In this document: in pieces, positions 62,203 to 64,000 of the stretch
Numbering within the stretch: position 1 is the stretch's first letter
Layout of the letters: the number at the start of each line of letters is the position of its first letter
Assembly: GCF_006345805.1 (NCBI RefSeq)
Contig: NC_043006.1
Location: 58,714,001 to 58,778,000 of the forward strand
Length of the DNA stretch: 64,000 nt
Source of the DNA: Octopus sinensis
Lineage: Eukaryota
Direction of reading: 5' to 3'
The notes under the pieces: generated by a model
Told to the model about the DNA's origin: nothing
What the model saw: the letters and a program-made list of their open reading frames with translations, nothing else
Databases searched by the model: none
Translations under genes and position numbers: made by a program

Positions 62203-62350
62203 TAGTGGTAGTAGTAGTCGAAGTAGTAGTAGTAGCAGCAGGAGGAGCAGCAGTAATTCCCCACCCCACTCGACATGTTATTTGTCGTCCGGAACCCTTA
62301 TTTATCATCATCATCATCATCATCATCATCATTAAAATGATGATTATTAA

Positions 62351-62382
<32 letters not shown>

Positions 62383-62930
62383 TAAGTACTAGTAGCAGAA
62401 GCAGTAAGAGCAACAGCAGCAGTAGTGGTGGCAGTAGTAGTAGTAGCAGTAGCAGCAACAGCAGTATTTCTTCCATAGATTATGCACCATTTTCTAACTG
62501 GACTGATATTTCTCGCAATTTCGATTTGTTTCATAAGCTGTTGTGTTTGGAGGGCAATAGAAGGGGGGGGGGTAGAGAAGATGTTGTTGTTGTTGTAAGG
62601 ATGTAATCTTATTATTGTTATTGTTGTTGTTGTTGTAGAGTCAATATCAATATTTATTTTGAAGAATGTCCCGTTAATTTATTCAAACAAATCGATTTCC
62701 TTGTTTCACAATTGCCTTAACGTTAAAAGAGCCGGGATATTTCTTATCACCATCATCATCATCATCATCATCATCCTCAACATCATCATCGTTATCATCA
62801 CTATCCTCATCACCATCACCCCTCCTCCTTTTCCTCCCCCTCCTCCTCTTCCTCCACCTCCTTTTATTCTCCTCCTCCTCCTCCTCCTCTTCATTATCTT
62901 CATTATCATCATCAGTAGTGATGTTACGTC
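62040..62930. repeat. Cluster of trinucleotide microsatellites ((AGT)n, (CAT)n, (CCT)n, (GTT)n)
   Basis: Seen directly; these tracts are the source of the poly-S/L/I/M ORFs. Confidence 0.9.
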
Positions 62931-63301
62931 ATGAACATTTTCGTCTTTTAACATTCTTTTCTGGCATTCTTTTATACTCTGGCGATAACATCATTTTTTT
63001 CTTCCCTTTTATATCAATTCCTCCCCTTCTATAAAAGCTCCTGATGTTCATAGGCTTAAAACAAACAAACAAAAAAAAAAGAGGTAAACAAGCCTTAAAA
63101 CGGGGATTTGTTTAATCCACAATATGGAGAACAAATGGGAGGTTTTCAACCATCTCAGGAAACAAGCAGTTTGTTTGTAACAATACTTTATAAAAATGAC
63201 GTGCTCTTTAGTAACCACCACGTATGTGTACTGGCGGTAAAACCATTAACTGCAGCATTTCCTCTCTCTTGCCCGTCTGTCAGTTTCTCTCTCCATGCAA
63301 G

Positions 63302-63333
<32 letters not shown>

Positions 63334-63472
63334 TATATAATAGATATGTATATATATAGATATGTATATATATATATATATATTATATATATATATATTA
63401 TATATATATGTATATATATGCATAGGCATATATGAGTACATGCTTATAATATATATATGTATACATATATTG

Positions 63473-63505
<33 letters not shown>

Positions 63506-63548
63506 TATATATATATACATGTATACATTTATTGTACATATATATATA

Positions 63549-63586
<38 letters not shown>

Positions 63587-64000
63587 TTACACATATATAT
63601 GTATACATACATGCATAATTATATGTCTTTGTTCCCTATCTTCCTGCAAGCGCGCGCATACACACACGCACAGAGACACGCTCACAGACACAGATACACA
63701 CGCACGTACACACACACACACACACACATACACACACAATATATATATACATATATCTATATATGCATATATATATTTATGTATACGTATGCATGTAAAT
63801 GTTGCTGCAGTTAAGGTAGTACAACTACTTAAATGATGATAGCTACACACGTCCACAGCTGTCGCCTTGTCCTCAGAGAATAAGACTCTTTTCCTTAACG
63901 GTACAACAGTTTTAGAGAATTCTTGCTTCAAGAATTATTTTCTGCCTCTTTTCGTTTGGCGTTGTTCCAATTGCAGCCAAGCAAATTGCTCTACCACTCA

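Noticed and set aside
63850-63931. Possible minus-strand exon (KQEFSKTVVPLRKRVLFSEDKATAVDV)
   Set aside because: Protein-like composition but no clear splice sites or homology; unsupported.

Overview
AT-rich, microsatellite-dense eukaryotic DNA. The tRNA-derived SINE families with internal (TA)n/(TG)n tracts look like Octopus to me; this is recall, not a database result. I cannot find a complete host protein-coding gene, and almost all ORFs in the track are microsatellite or antisense artefacts. Supported content: (1) an array of 18 copies (17 tandem + 1 isolated) of a ~177-bp unit on the minus strand, each encoding one ankyrin-like repeat bounded by AG/GT splice signals; (2) two large Naiad-type Penelope-like elements (RT + GIY-YIG endonuclease, both disrupted) and smaller PLE remnants; (3) several type I hammerhead-ribozyme motifs, including small palindromic elements that carry two back-to-back hammerheads; (4) a non-autonomous LTR element (CATG TSD, tRNA-Trp PBS, PPT) and three solo LTRs; (5) remnants of Helitron, Tigger/pogo, Tc1, Chapaev-like, RTE, R4/Dong- and HERO-like elements, plus hAT and piggyBac-type MITEs and many SINEs; (6) an intact tRNA-Ser(GCT) and a degenerate tRNA-Ile(AAT); (7) a second, decayed triplet of exon-like units on the plus strand; (8) a 100-N assembly gap. 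Best leads for something undescribed are the ankyrin-exon cassette array and the double-hammerhead foldback elements. Coordinates were counted by hand, and TE remnant boundaries are approximate.
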